From positions 1 through 58,137 of IMG/VR virus record IMGVR_UViG_3300025520_000006: a stretch of 58,137 nucleotides of DNA; one strand, 5' to 3'. Each line of letters starts with the position of its first letter. The first letter of the stretch is position 1. Positions 7,027-18,200 of the stretch are shown here, piece after piece. The translations under genes and the position numbers were made by a program. This DNA is from a virus (taxonomy: Duplodnaviria > Caudoviricetes). The notes under the pieces were generated by a model. The model was given only the letters and a program-made list of their open reading frames with translations. It had not been told where the DNA came from and searched no databases.

Positions 7027-8037
7027 ATGGACGAGAATGAAGGCGCGCCGCCGGACGGCGGCGCGGCGGCGCTTGCTGCGACGCCGGCAACTTCGGAAAA
7101 CCCGTCGGCGCCCACGCCATCGCCTGCGCCCGGCGTGCGCCGCTATCCGCGCGTCGCCAGCGCCCTCACCGGTGAACCCTGGGCGATCGTTCCTTCCGAG
7201 CTCCATAAAATCGCGGCGATCGTTTCGCGCCATTCGATCGACGCCGGCAAGCAGGACGGCCCGCCCGCCTATATCAAACGCGACTATGAGGTGATGGCGG
7301 GGCCCAGTGCGCAGCGTCTCCCCGGCGCGAGTCGCGCCTTCCTGATCGACGGCGTCGCCATTCTGCCGATCACCGGCCCGATCTTTCCGCGGGCCAATAT
7401 GATGACGGAATTCTCGGGCGCGACATCGATCAGCACGCTGACCGACGATTATCGCAAGGCGCTGGAGAGTCCCGATGTCGGCGCCATCCTGCTGATGCTC
7501 GACAGCCCCGGCGGCGCCGTTTCCGGCGTCAACGCCTTTGCGGACATCGTGTCGGCTGGGAAGAAGAAGAAATACACCACGGCCTTCGTCGCCGGCGCGG
7601 CCGCGTCGGCGGCCTATTGGATCGCCAGCGCCGCGAGCGACATCGCGATGGAGCGAACCGCGATGGTCGGCTCGATCGGCGTCGTCGCCGCGATCCCGGC
7701 GCAAGTCGCGCCCGACGCCGACGGCGAGCTCTGGATCGAAATCGTATCCAGCAACGCGCCGAAGAAGCGGCCGGACCCGCTTTCCGAAGACGGGCGGGGC
7801 GAAGTCGTGTCGATGCTCGACGCGATCGAGGCGCAGTTCATCGCTGATATCGCGCGCGGCCGCGGCGTCTCGGTCGACAAGGTCAAATCCGAGTTCGGTC
7901 AAGGCGGCGTGATGATCGGCGCGGCAGCGGTGAAGGCGGGCATGGCGGACAAGGTCCAGAGCTATGACGCGACGCTCGCCGGGCTGCGCCGCATGGTCGC
8001 CAACAATCGAAAACTATCAGCCCTCAAAAGGGCCTGA
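7027..8037 (+). CDS. Prohead maturation protease, S49 family
   Basis: DSPGG, AASAAYWIASAA, VGSIGV motifs; between portal and capsid. Confidence 0.92.
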   Translation: MDENEGAPPDGGAAALAATPATSENPSAPTPSPAPGVRRYPRVASALTGEPWAIVPSELHKIAAIVSRHSIDAGKQDGPPAYIKRDYEVMAGPSAQRLPGASRAFLIDGVAILPITGPIFPRANMMTEFSGATSISTLTDDYRKALESPDVGAILLMLDSPGGAVSGVNAFADIVSAGKKKKYTTAFVAGAAASAAYWIASAASDIAMERTAMVGSIGVVAAIPAQVAPDADGELWIEIVSSNAPKKRPDPLSEDGRGEVVSMLDAIEAQFIADIARGRGVSVDKVKSEFGQGGVMIGAAAVKAGMADKVQSYDATLAGLRRMVANNRKLSALKRA

Positions 8038-8078
8038 GCTGGCGCATTCGCGCTTTTACTGGCCGAAAGGAGACTCCA

Positions 8079-9413
8079 ATGGCCGATATCGTGACCCTTC
8101 GCCAGAACCGCGCGAAGGCCTATGAGAAAATGGAAGCAAGCCTCGCCGCCGACGATTCCGACACGCGCCAGGCTGACTTCGACGCTGCCGCGGCGGAGGT
8201 CGAAGCGCTCGATCGTGAGATTGCCAACGCCGAACGCGTCCAGCGCCTGAAGGGCGACGGCGCGGTTGGCACGCTCGAGTCTGGCGATCCGAACGCGGTT
8301 CCGGCGCGCGGCTTCATGGCGAAATATCGCAACATGCCGGGGGCGAATGAAAGGCGTCCCGGCGCCATCCTTACGAGCGCGCAGTCTGCGGCCTTTGGCG
8401 ATCTGTTGATGGCGACGCGCCGCGCGAAAATCACTGGCCAGGTCGATCCCCTGCTGATTGAGGCGTCGCAGGGCGTGAATGAAGCTATCGCCGAGGATGG
8501 CGGCTTCCTCGTCGAGAAGGACATCGCCGACGGGCTGCTGATGCGCACCTTCGCTCAAGCCAATCTTGCGAGCAAGGTTCGTCGCATCCCGATCTCGGCG
8601 CGGTCCAACGGCGTCAAGATCAATGCGCTCAAGGACGATTCTCGCGCGACCGGCGCGCGTTGGGGTGGCATGCAGACCTATTGGATTGGCGAGGGCGACT
8701 CCCTCACCCCGACGCGTCCGAAGTTCCGCCAGATGAACCTTCAGCTCAAGAAGCTCGCCGGCATGCTCTATGCGACCAGCGAGGCTCTCGCCGACGCGAC
8801 GGCGCTGTCGTCGATCATCTCGGAAGCCTTCCCTGCCGAATTCTCTTTCATGATCGACGATGCGATCTTTGAAGGCGGCGGCGTGTCCAATCCGCTCGGC
8901 TTCATGAATGCCGGCTGTAAGGTGACGGTCGCCAAAGAGGCCGGCCAGGCCGCGAAGACGATCGAGTTCGAGAACATCACCAAGATGTGGGCGCGGTTGC
9001 CGGCGCGTTCGATGGCGAGCGCGGAATGGTGGATCAATCAGGACACACTGCCGCAGTTGATGGGCCTGAACATGGTCATCGGCACCGGCGGCATTCCGGT
9101 CTACTTGCCGCCCGGCGGGCTTTCGCAATCGCCTTACGGCACGCTGATGGGACGCCCGGTGATTCCGATCGAATACTGCTCGACGCTCGGCGCCGAGGGC
9201 GACATCGTTCTCGCCGATCCGACAAACTACGTCATGATCGACAAGGGCGATATCCAATACGCCACGTCCATCCATGTCGCGTTTGTGACCGATGAGCAGG
9301 CGTTCCGGTTTATCTACCGCTGCGATGGACAGCCTGTCGATGACAAGCCGGTGACTCCTTTCAAAGGAACGGACAAGCAGAGCACCTTCGTTACTCTCGC
9401 AACGCGAGCGTAA
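8079..9413 (+). CDS. Major capsid protein (HK97 fold)
   Basis: Coiled-coil delta domain, DGGFLV, WIGEG, TLMGRPV, FR...R.DGQP. Confidence 0.95.
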   Translation: MADIVTLRQNRAKAYEKMEASLAADDSDTRQADFDAAAAEVEALDREIANAERVQRLKGDGAVGTLESGDPNAVPARGFMAKYRNMPGANERRPGAILTSAQSAAFGDLLMATRRAKITGQVDPLLIEASQGVNEAIAEDGGFLVEKDIADGLLMRTFAQANLASKVRRIPISARSNGVKINALKDDSRATGARWGGMQTYWIGEGDSLTPTRPKFRQMNLQLKKLAGMLYATSEALADATALSSIISEAFPAEFSFMIDDAIFEGGGVSNPLGFMNAGCKVTVAKEAGQAAKTIEFENITKMWARLPARSMASAEWWINQDTLPQLMGLNMVIGTGGIPVYLPPGGLSQSPYGTLMGRPVIPIEYCSTLGAEGDIVLADPTNYVMIDKGDIQYATSIHVAFVTDEQAFRFIYRCDGQPVDDKPVTPFKGTDKQSTFVTLATRA

Positions 9414-9471
9414 TCATTAGCGCGCGGCTCGACGGTCGCGCGCGTATCGCTTCAAATTCAGGAGAAATCCA

Positions 9472-9945
9472 ATGTCGAATCTTACATTCGGCGAGCGTCA
9501 TGTCGTCAAGGGCCTCGACGCCGTCGCGGATGCTTTTGCCGGCACGGTCTATTCCGACGTCGTCAACATGGAAGCGTATGCCGCCGCTCGGTTCATCGTC
9601 CATAAGGGCGTCGGGACCACCGGCACATCGACGCTCACGCTCGAAGCCTGCGACGATGCGGCTGGCAACAATCCCGTCGCAATCCCGTTCAGCTACCAGG
9701 CCTATGCCGGCGCTGATGATGTTCCAGCCGACGTCGTGAACGCCACCGCGGCCGGGTTTGCGACAACTGCCGGCTCGAGCCAGCTTTATGTGCTCGAAGC
9801 GGAGTCGCAGCGCATGCCGGCGGCGAAGCCATGGTTGCGATTGAAGGCTGTCGAGGTCGCAAATGACCCCGTGCTCGGCGGCGTTCTTATCGAACTGCTC
9901 AAGCCGCGCTATGCGCGTCACGTCCCGGATACCGCGATCGCCTGA
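9472..9945 (+). CDS. Probable capsid decoration/cement protein
   Basis: Strong RBS (AGGAG); beta-rich 157 aa protein directly after the MCP. Confidence 0.6.
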   Translation: MSNLTFGERHVVKGLDAVADAFAGTVYSDVVNMEAYAAARFIVHKGVGTTGTSTLTLEACDDAAGNNPVAIPFSYQAYAGADDVPADVVNATAAGFATTAGSSQLYVLEAESQRMPAAKPWLRLKAVEVANDPVLGGVLIELLKPRYARHVPDTAIA

Positions 9946-10014
9946 TCGTCTGCGGGCTCACCCCTGTTTCGCTTTCACAGCGGCCCGTAAGGGTCGGAAC
10001 AAGGATTCTTCATC

Positions 10015-10722
10015 ATGACCACTCGTTCACGCTTCGCCGCCGGCGTCCTGACGTTCTTCGATCGCACGACGCGGGAAACCGTCCTTCCGGTTTCGCCAGT
10101 GTTTTTCGAAGATGATTTCCTTGGGCCGGCGCTCAACACCACGAAATGGACGGCGCTCGACACTGGCGCCGCGACGGAAGCCGTCGTGGCTGACTTGGCC
10201 AACGGCGCCGTCGGCCTCGCGCTTGACGCAACAAACGAAGTTCAGCTCGCCGGAATTTCTTGGAATGACCAGCGCACGCTGGCGCTCAACCAGGGCCTTA
10301 TTCTTGAGGCGCGGTTCCGTCTTTCTGTCCTCCCTTCAGCGGCGAGCGTGATTGCGGTGCTCGGGCTGCAGGGCGATCACAACGCCGCCGTCGACACGGT
10401 CGCGGAGTCCATTTGGTTCCGCGCCGACGGCAATGGGCAGATCACGGTCGAGAGCGACGACACGAGCCATGAAACGTCGAAAGTCGCCACTGGCGTCACC
10501 GTCACCACGGCGGATTGGGTCATTGGCAAGATCGACTGCACAGACATTGCCGATGTGAAGTTCTTCATCAACGGTAACCGCGTGGCCGAAGGCACGACCT
10601 TTAATATGAGCCAAGTCGCCGGGCTGGCGTTGCAGCCCGTGGCGCGTGTCAGTAAGAGCGCCGCGACGTCGGTGGGAACGATGCAGGTCGACTATATCCG
10701 CGCTTGGATGAACCGGGCGTAA
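10015..10722 (+). CDS. Virion protein, lectin/ConA-like beta-sandwich
   Basis: FEDDF start, KFFING, VDYIRAW end; lies in the head module. Confidence 0.6.
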   Translation: MTTRSRFAAGVLTFFDRTTRETVLPVSPVFFEDDFLGPALNTTKWTALDTGAATEAVVADLANGAVGLALDATNEVQLAGISWNDQRTLALNQGLILEARFRLSVLPSAASVIAVLGLQGDHNAAVDTVAESIWFRADGNGQITVESDDTSHETSKVATGVTVTTADWVIGKIDCTDIADVKFFINGNRVAEGTTFNMSQVAGLALQPVARVSKSAATSVGTMQVDYIRAWMNRA

Positions 10723-10728
10723 TCGACG

Positions 10729-11358
10729 ATGTTCGCTGTCTCCGTCCCCGCGTCGGATCGCAGTCTTCTGACGCTCGACGAGCTTCGCGTCGCTCTCGAT
10801 CTCGACGGGTCAGAGAGCGACGTGAAGCTTTTGTCGATCGGGCTGGAGATTTCCGACGCGATTGCGGCGGCTTGCCGGGTTCCTGTCGACGGGATTATTC
10901 CGGCGACGCTCCGCCGTGAAACCATCATCGATACGATGCGACTGTGCCACGATCAGGAGCAACTGATCATGACGCGGCGCTTTGTCGACACGGTTTCCAG
11001 CATCACGGTCAACGGAATACCTCTTGATCCCGCGGAGTTTGAAATCGACAAGGCGGCGGGACTGGCGCGGCGCCTGTCGTCGTCAGGCTATTACACACGC
11101 TGGCCGAGCGGGATTGTCGTCATGACCTATACCGCTGGGTTCGAGGCGGTCCCAAGCGCTTTGAAGGACGCGGCGAAATTGGAGCTTGTCGCGAGATGGT
11201 CGCTGTCCGATCGAGATCCCGCCATCAAAAGAGATCGCACGCAGGGACTTGGAGAAACTGAGTATTTTCCAAGCTCCTCAGAAACGACGAATTCGCCGCT
11301 GATCTCCCCGGATGCGCGCGCAAAAATCAGCCCATACAGCTATCAGCCGGTGGTGTAG
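10729..11358 (+). CDS. Head-tail adaptor (gp6-like)
   Basis: LLTLDELR start, YTAGF..VP.ALK.A motif. Confidence 0.8.
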   Translation: MFAVSVPASDRSLLTLDELRVALDLDGSESDVKLLSIGLEISDAIAAACRVPVDGIIPATLRRETIIDTMRLCHDQEQLIMTRRFVDTVSSITVNGIPLDPAEFEIDKAAGLARRLSSSGYYTRWPSGIVVMTYTAGFEAVPSALKDAAKLELVARWSLSDRDPAIKRDRTQGLGETEYFPSSSETTNSPLISPDARAKISPYSYQPVV

Positions 11359-11361
11359 GAC

Positions 11362-11775
11362 ATGATCAGGCCGGGACTCTATACCATCGCCGATTACGCC
11401 GTCACCACGGCGGTTGCATCTCTGGCGCTCTCGCCGCTCGCCGATCTCGAAGGCATGGCGGAACTGTCGATCGAGTTCAATTTCGCCTATGGCAGCGGCG
11501 GCACAAGCGTGAAAGCGTGGCTGCAGACCTCGCTGTCGCAGGGCGTGCGCTGGCGCGATCTCGCCTGTTTCTCAGCAACTACGGCGTCGAAGAACCGCGA
11601 CTTCAGCCTGCGGCGCACCGCCGATACAGGCTTCTGGACGCCGGGCAGCGGGACGCTCGCCGATGACACGGTCGCGTCGAGCATCGTCTTTGGCGACAGG
11701 CTGCGCCTCCTGGTGACGTCTGTTGGAACCTATGCCGGCGGAACTGTGCTTTCGGCGCGCGCGGCCGCCGCGTGA
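11362..11775 (+). CDS. Virion structural protein (hypothetical)
   Basis: Beta-rich; coupled to neighbouring neck genes. Confidence 0.6.
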   Translation: MIRPGLYTIADYAVTTAVASLALSPLADLEGMAELSIEFNFAYGSGGTSVKAWLQTSLSQGVRWRDLACFSATTASKNRDFSLRRTADTGFWTPGSGTLADDTVASSIVFGDRLRLLVTSVGTYAGGTVLSARAAAA

Positions 11776-12158
11776 ATATTCATCTTGCGCGGCTCAATCG
11801 CGATCTGAAGCGAAAAGGCGAGCGCATCAAACTGCGGCGCTACGCCGGCACGAACACGCAGATTTTCACGGAAGTCGACTTGCTGGCGTTCGTTCGGGGA
11901 TATTCGCCGCAACAGCTCGCGGCCGGCAGCGGCATTCAGGCGGTTGACAGCTTCGTGATCCTGTCGCCGACCGCATTGTTCGCTGCGCAATGGCCCGGCG
12001 GGCAACAGCCTCTGGAGCCGCCATTCAACCCAGATCCGCATCTGCCGAAGAAAGGCGATCGCGCCATCATTCAAGGGCGCACACGAACCGTGGAAGTGGC
12101 GTCGCCGATCTATGACGGCGACGAATTGGTCAGGATTGAAATGAGGGTTCTCGGGTAG
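11772..12158 (+). CDS. Probable head-closure protein
   Basis: Size, position and PKKGDR..I.G motif. Confidence 0.6.
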   Translation: MNIHLARLNRDLKRKGERIKLRRYAGTNTQIFTEVDLLAFVRGYSPQQLAAGSGIQAVDSFVILSPTALFAAQWPGGQQPLEPPFNPDPHLPKKGDRAIIQGRTRTVEVASPIYDGDELVRIEMRVLG

Positions 12159-12162
12159 GCCG

Positions 12163-12822
12163 ATGATCTCGACCAAATACGCGCCTTTCGATCGCGATGT
12201 GCTGTTCGATCTTGGCGGCCTGTCTCCGGAAGAGCAGAGCAAGGCGTTTGCGGCTTTCGCCCGTCAGGAAATCGCCATTGCCGATGCGCAGAACGAACGC
12301 GCGCTTGGGCGCGCCGTTTCATATGAAACCATCGTCGATCAGCGCCGTGGCGCCGCGCTCGAGAGCGTCTCGCCAAATGGCGTGATCCTCGCGAACTTCG
12401 ATCTCGGGTCCGACGTCGTCGAGTGGATTTGGGCAAAGCTGATCGCTCGGTCGCCAGTTCTTTCCGGCGCCTTCATAAAATGGATGCTCGTCTATGCCGA
12501 TGGCGTCGAAGTTGACGGTCCGGAAAGCATTCCGCCCGATGCACAGGAAATCGTGATTTTGTCGGCCGTCCCATATGCGCGGAAGATCGAACGCGGAAGC
12601 TCGAAGCAGGCGCCGGATGGCGTGTTCGAAGCTCTCGCGGCAATGGCCGCCCAGCGCTATGGCAATCAGGCGAGAATCCGCTTCTCGTATCGTTCGCCGA
12701 TTGGCGGCGGCACGCCGTTGGACAAATGGGCGACCGGCAATGCGGCGAAGGCTGGTCGCAAGCAGCGCCAGCAACTCTCCAAGAACACGCGCCAGCCGGC
12801 GATCATCATCCAGTTTCGCTGA
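12163..12822 (+). CDS. Probable neck/tail-completion protein
   Basis: SPV.SG and PYARKIERG.SKQAPDGV motifs. Confidence 0.7.
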   Translation: MISTKYAPFDRDVLFDLGGLSPEEQSKAFAAFARQEIAIADAQNERALGRAVSYETIVDQRRGAALESVSPNGVILANFDLGSDVVEWIWAKLIARSPVLSGAFIKWMLVYADGVEVDGPESIPPDAQEIVILSAVPYARKIERGSSKQAPDGVFEALAAMAAQRYGNQARIRFSYRSPIGGGTPLDKWATGNAAKAGRKQRQQLSKNTRQPAIIIQFR

Positions 12823-12831
12823 TGAGGGTAA

Positions 12832-13245
12832 ATGGCCTCTCTCGCCGTCATGAACGCCGTGGAAGCACGATTGCGCGCCGGCTGGAGCCGCGCGCCGATC
12901 GTCAGCGAAGCGAATACCGAGGGCGCTCAGCCCCTTGATGGCGGGCCGTATCTTACCGTCACCTACCCGGTCGCGGACGAAACGCAAATCAGCGTCGGCG
13001 CGCCTGGGGCCAACGCCTATCGGGAGGAAGGCGCGATCCGCTTCGTGCTGTCCGTGCCGTTCGGCACCGGGCTCTTGCAATGGGCCGCTTGGATCAACGA
13101 GCTGCGCGATTTGTTTCGCGGCAAGGTGTTCGACGGCGTCGTGACGTGGGAGTCTCCACCCTTCGCCGTCAATGACGATACGGAAAACGCGACGCGCTTC
13201 GAACTCAGTTTTGCGGTCCCGTATCGCTACGACGTCTTTGCCTAA
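12832..13245 (+). CDS. Tail terminator-like protein
   Basis: 137 aa immediately before the tail tube gene; YREEG motif. Confidence 0.7.
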   Translation: MASLAVMNAVEARLRAGWSRAPIVSEANTEGAQPLDGGPYLTVTYPVADETQISVGAPGANAYREEGAIRFVLSVPFGTGLLQWAAWINELRDLFRGKVFDGVVTWESPPFAVNDDTENATRFELSFAVPYRYDVFA

Positions 13246-13358
13246 TTCGGCTTCGGCCGTCCGCCCATACACGCCCTTGGGCAAGGCGTTGGAGCGCTGT
13301 GAAGCGCCTCGTCCCGCGGTCCGTCGTGAGACGCCCGCAATGAGAAGGAAGCCCTCCT

Positions 13359-14285
13359 ATGCCGATTGCGCCGACCAGCCGCACGCGCGTCGCCTATATT
13401 GCCGAATCCGCCTTCGGCACGACGCCATCAACGCCGACATTCCTCGAAATTCGCCGCACCAGCGGCAATCTTCGCACGCGAAAAACAACCGCGGTTTCCG
13501 AGGAAATCCGTCTCGACCGCAACGTGCGCGCAGAATATCAGCTCGCCCAGGACGTCGAAGGGTCATATGATTTCGAGCTGACCTATGGCTCCTATGACGA
13601 TATCCTGGAGGCGGCTGTCGGCGGAGCATGGAATACGAACGTCCTCGTCAACGGGTCCGTTGAAAAAAGCCTCACCTTCGAGGAGACGATCGATGTTGGC
13701 GGCGGTAGCTTCGCCTATCACCGCTTCACCGGCGTCGAGGTCGACTCGCTGTCGCTGAACTTTACCGCACGCCGAGGCGTCACCGGCTCCGTTACCCTGC
13801 AAGGCAAGCAGGAAGCGCTCGATACGGCGATCATCTCCGGGGCCACCTATACGGCGCCGAACACGAACGTCATCGAAACGGCGAACAGCGTCGCGTCGCT
13901 GGCGGTCGCCAGCTTGTCGCCGGTCCCGATCGTGCGCAGCCTCTCGCTCAATATCGCCAACAATCTGCGCCGGCATGAAGTTCTGGGCTCGCTCTATACG
14001 AACAGCTTCGGCTCTGGCCAGTTGGACGTCACCGGCACGCTGGAAGCGTATTTCACGTCCAACGCGCTCTATCAGGCGGTGCTCGACCATGGCACGGGCG
14101 CGCTGGCGCTGACGATTGGTTCGGTGACGGCCAAGAAATACACGATCTCGCTTCCCGTCATTCAGTTTCTCGACGGGGCCAAAAGGCTCGGCGGGAAGAA
14201 CGATGACGTCATGGTGTCGATCCCGTTCCGCGCGGTCGCTGACTCGGCGCCGAAGTCGATCTCAATCACGAGGGCCGTTGCGTAA
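13359..14285 (+). CDS. Major tail tube protein
   Basis: AYIAES.FGTTP, SEEIR.DR, V.GTLEAYF; good RBS. Confidence 0.88.
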   Translation: MPIAPTSRTRVAYIAESAFGTTPSTPTFLEIRRTSGNLRTRKTTAVSEEIRLDRNVRAEYQLAQDVEGSYDFELTYGSYDDILEAAVGGAWNTNVLVNGSVEKSLTFEETIDVGGGSFAYHRFTGVEVDSLSLNFTARRGVTGSVTLQGKQEALDTAIISGATYTAPNTNVIETANSVASLAVASLSPVPIVRSLSLNIANNLRRHEVLGSLYTNSFGSGQLDVTGTLEAYFTSNALYQAVLDHGTGALALTIGSVTAKKYTISLPVIQFLDGAKRLGGKNDDVMVSIPFRAVADSAPKSISITRAVA

Positions 14286-14482
14286 TGAAACAGGTCGAAA
14301 TACTGACCACGTTCAGTGGCTATCCAGACGATACCGTTGCCTCGGAGACGACTTATGTGGCCGGCGCCAAGCCAAAACTTCAGGACGCGTTCGCCGACCT
14401 CATCATCAAAAAGGGCCTCGCCAGGGAAATCGTCGATCATCCCGCCCGTGCCGCCAATGTGAAATCGGAGTCAGCACCGTGA
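14285..14482 (+). CDS. Hypothetical protein
   Basis: Translationally coupled on both sides (TAATG, GTGA). Confidence 0.65.
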   Translation: MKQVEILTTFSGYPDDTVASETTYVAGAKPKLQDAFADLIIKKGLAREIVDHPARAANVKSESAP

Positions 14483-14880
14483 AGCTTTCGAACATCAAAA
14501 GAAATGTCGCCGCCGAGAAATCCGGGCGCTGGATCGACGTCAAACTGCCTGAGTTTGACGGCGTGTCCTTTAAGGTGCGCGGCCTCGGCAATCCTGATTA
14601 CGAGGCGCTGAAAGCAAGGCTTTTTGAGACGCGCTCCCCGGCGGATCGGGAGAAAGACCTCACCGCCGATGAAATCGCGCAGTTGCTCAGCGAAACGATT
14701 TTGCTCGGCTGGCGCGGCATCCTGAATGATGACAATACGCCGCTGGTCTTCGATCTGCCAACGGCCATGAAGCTACTCGCAGACCAGGATTACGGCGACT
14801 TCCGATCCGCTGTAATCTGGGCGGCGCAGAACGTCGGCCGTGACCGCTACGCCAGCGCGGAGCAAGACGCAAAAAACTAA
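14479..14880 (+). CDS. Tail assembly chaperone (G-like)
   Basis: GTG start with GGAG RBS; ILLGWRGI motif; ends at the slippery site. Confidence 0.8.
   Translation: MKLSNIKRNVAAEKSGRWIDVKLPEFDGVSFKVRGLGNPDYEALKARLFETRSPADREKDLTADEIAQLLSETILLGWRGILNDDNTPLVFDLPTAMKLLADQDYGDFRSAVIWAAQNVGRDRYASAEQDAKN
14871..14877 (+). other. -1 programmed ribosomal frameshift site A AAA AAC
   Basis: The -1 frame is open from 14877 (LTDALRWTLEW...) into the 14958-15212 ORF. Confidence 0.85.
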
Positions 14881-15212
14881 CCGACGCTCTGCGCTGGACG
14901 CTGGAATGGGGCGGCTCTGCGGAATGGCTCGCCGAGGCGGCGCAAGAGCACGGGATTGTGCCGAAGGCGATCGCCGACCGCGTCGACCCTGCCAAACATC
15001 TTCTCATCGTTTGGCGAGCATTCTGGGCGCTGACGAATGATCGGCCCTTCGGCGCGCTCGGCGGGTTAGGCTACATCCCCTTTATCGCGATCGACCGCTA
15101 TGCCGAGCGCTACGGCATCTCCGGCGTTGATGAATTCGAGCGGTTCCAAACGCTGCTGCGCCAGATGGACGACGCCTACCTGGCGTGGATCGGCGAGCAT
15201 AAGGACGATTGA
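14877..15212 (+). CDS. Tail assembly chaperone frameshift extension (T-like)
   Basis: IPFIAIDRYAERYG...MDDAYL motif; directly before the tape measure gene. Confidence 0.8.
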   Translation, partial: LTDALRWTLEWGGSAEWLAEAAQEHGIVPKAIADRVDPAKHLLIVWRAFWALTNDRPFGALGGLGYIPFIAIDRYAERYGISGVDEFERFQTLLRQMDDAYLAWIGEHKDD

Positions 15213-15215
15213 CGC

Positions 15216-18200
15216 ATGGCCGTGACGCTGGAAGTCATCAGAACGCTGACGACACGGGCGCGCACGGAAGGCGTTGATGCGGCGCGTCGCGAGCTGGAGT
15301 CCTTCGCCAAAGCGCAGGACGGCGTCTCGAAAAGCAATGATAACGCCGCGCGCAGCGTGCTGTCGGCAGCGAAGTCTTTTGATGCGCTCGAGCGCTCGGT
15401 TGATCCGGTCGCCAAGGCGAACGCGCGCCTCTCCGCAGAGCAGGCCAAAGTCCAACGGGCGCTCAACGAGGGGTCTGTCTCAGCTGAGCGCGCGGCGAAG
15501 GTGCTCAGCCTTCTTGGCGCCCGCCATGAGGCGGCGATCGCGCTAACGCAACGTCATGCAGGCGCGACCAGTGATTTTACGGCGCGCCTGTCGGAGTGGA
15601 ACAAGCAGACGAATTCCGTCGCCGCGCGCATGTCGCAGTCGACGCAAGCGACGAACGACAACGCCAAGGCTGTCGGCCTTGCGCGTCACGAATGGGTCAA
15701 TCTCGGCCGACAGTTTCAGGACGTCGGCACGATGGCGGCGATGGGCGCAGCGCCCATGCAGATTGTGACGTCGCAGGCTGCTCAGATCTATGACGTGCTT
15801 GCCTCGAGTCGAGGCGGGACAAACGCCGCTTTGAAGGAACTCGGAACTGTCGCGCTGCGGTACGTGGTAAGCCCCGTCACGCTGCTCGCTGGCGCGCTGG
15901 GCGTCGCTGGCTATGCTGCCTATCAGTTTGCGGAACAGCAGAACGCTTTGCAGCGCGCGCTCAACGGTACAGGGCGCGCCGCCGGCGTCACGGCGGCGCA
16001 GCTGCGTGAACTTGCTTCAGCGCGGGCCGGCGGACTTAGTGTTGGCGAAGGGATTGGCCTCACGGGCCAATTCGCATCGGCGGGTGTTGCCGGACCGAAC
16101 ATCAAGACGCTGGTTTCTGACGCGCTAGCCTTTGCGCGCGCATTCGGCCTCGATATCGAAAAGGCCGGCGATGAAATCACCCAGATCGTTTCCGAGTCCG
16201 GCCTCGGTGCGTTCGAAAAGCGTTTCGGCGCGGTGTCGTTTTCAACGAAGGAAATGATCCGCTCGCTTGAGGTGTCGGGGCGGCATATCGAGGCCCAGAC
16301 GGAGAAGACGCGGCTCTTTGACGAAGAGGTCAAAAAGGCCAAGGACACATCGTCAGAACTTGAGAAAATCTGGCGATCGATCCGCAATTGGGCGACGACG
16401 CCCATCGCCGGGCTCGGGCCCTCGCTTGGTCGCATGTCCGCGGGCCCGACGCTGCAAGAGCAGCTTGCGTCCGCCCGCGGGGAATTCTTCAATCTGCGCG
16501 CCCAGCGTAACGGCGACGCCAGCTCTTTCCCGGGTGAATCCGCTGCAGAGGCGCGCGTTCTGGAGTTGGAGCGCCAGATCCAAGCTGAGCGCGAGAGGAC
16601 CGCCCAGGCGGCGCGCGAAGCCGATCTGAACCGCCGTTCGCAGATCGCCGGGCCGATTATCGACCGTCTGACGCCCGATGCAACGCGCCTGCGCGGGCTC
16701 AAAGAGCAGCTTGACGCCGTCAAGCCTCTGACCGAGACGGCGGAGGGATTGGAGAAGCTTGGCGACCGGGCCGGTGCGGCGCGGACTGTCGTTGAGCAGC
16801 TTACCTATCAGATCGACAATTTCCAGACCGCCGCCGACGTCATGCGGCAGGATAATGCGATCGCGGTTGCCGAGATTTCGGCGCGCACCTATGCGCAGCG
16901 CGAAGCAGTCGCGATGGAAAAGGCGCGCATTCAGGTTTTGCGCGAAACCGGCGATGTGAACCGCGCGGCGCTCGCCGCTGAAAACGAGCGCGCCAAGATG
17001 CTGGCGGAATCGGCCCGCAAGGTCGACGAGCTCGCCCGCACGTCTTCTGACAATCTTCGCCTATCGAAAATGCTGCCGTTCGATCGGCGCATGGCGGAAA
17101 TCGATATCGCCGAGCGTGATTTCCGGCGTGACAACATCCCGAATGCAGCGTCGCCGATGGCGGCGCAGTTCAATACAGCGGCCGACGCCGCGCATCGCGT
17201 TGCGGGCGCGTTCGATGGGCTGGCGAACAAGATCGGCGGCGCCGGCGGCAACGTCCTGCCGTTTTTCGCGGGCGGCCGCTCGCCGAGCGGGGCCGACCCG
17301 CGTGGGCTGTCGGACTTCATTCGCTCGGAAGCGGCGCGGATGGGGATCGATCCCAACGTCGCGCTGCGGGTTGCGCGCAGCGAGGGCTTGGGCAGCTTCA
17401 CCGGCGACGCCGGATCGTCCTTCGGCGCGTTCCAACTGCACCGCGGCGGCATTGCGAAGGGCGGCAACGCAGTTGGCGGGCTCGGCGATGACTTCTTTCG
17501 CCAGACAGGGCTCGACCCAAGCAACCCCGCCAATGAGCGCGCGACGATCAGCTTTGCGCTTGAGCAAGCGAAGCGCATGGGCTGGGCGCCGTTCCATGGC
17601 GCGGCGCGGGCCGGGATCGGGCGGTTCGAAGGGATCGGCGCCAACGATAACGCCGGCCTCTTGGCGCGCACGGGCGGCGCCTTCAACGATCAGCGCGAGG
17701 CGGCCCGCTTCGAAGCGATGGTCAAGCCGCTTCAGGACGCCAACCGCGAGATCGAGCGCCAGCGCGCCGCGCTGCAATCGCAGGAATCCGCGCTCGGCCG
17801 GTCAACGGCGGAAGTCGCGAAGGCGTCGAAAGAGCAAGAGCTGCTCAATCAGATGCAGGCGCAAGGCGCGCCGCTGACCGATCAGCTGCGCGCGTCGATC
17901 GGCGCGACGGCTGAGAATTACGGTCGCCTCGCCGCCGAGACGGAAGCCTTTGGAAACAAGCAGCGCCATCTTATCGAGAACCTAGACTTCATCCGCGGGT
18001 CCGCGCGCGACGCGCTCGGCGGCATTGCCAGCGACCTCCTACATGGAGCCAGTGCCGCGGACGCGCTCAACGGCGCATTGGAGCGGATTGCTGACCGGCT
18101 GCTGTCTCTCGCGACAGACCGCGCGATTGAGGGGATATTCGGTAAAACCGGATCGGCGAGCGGCGGCATTCTGGGCGGGCTTGGCAGTCTTGTCGGCGGA

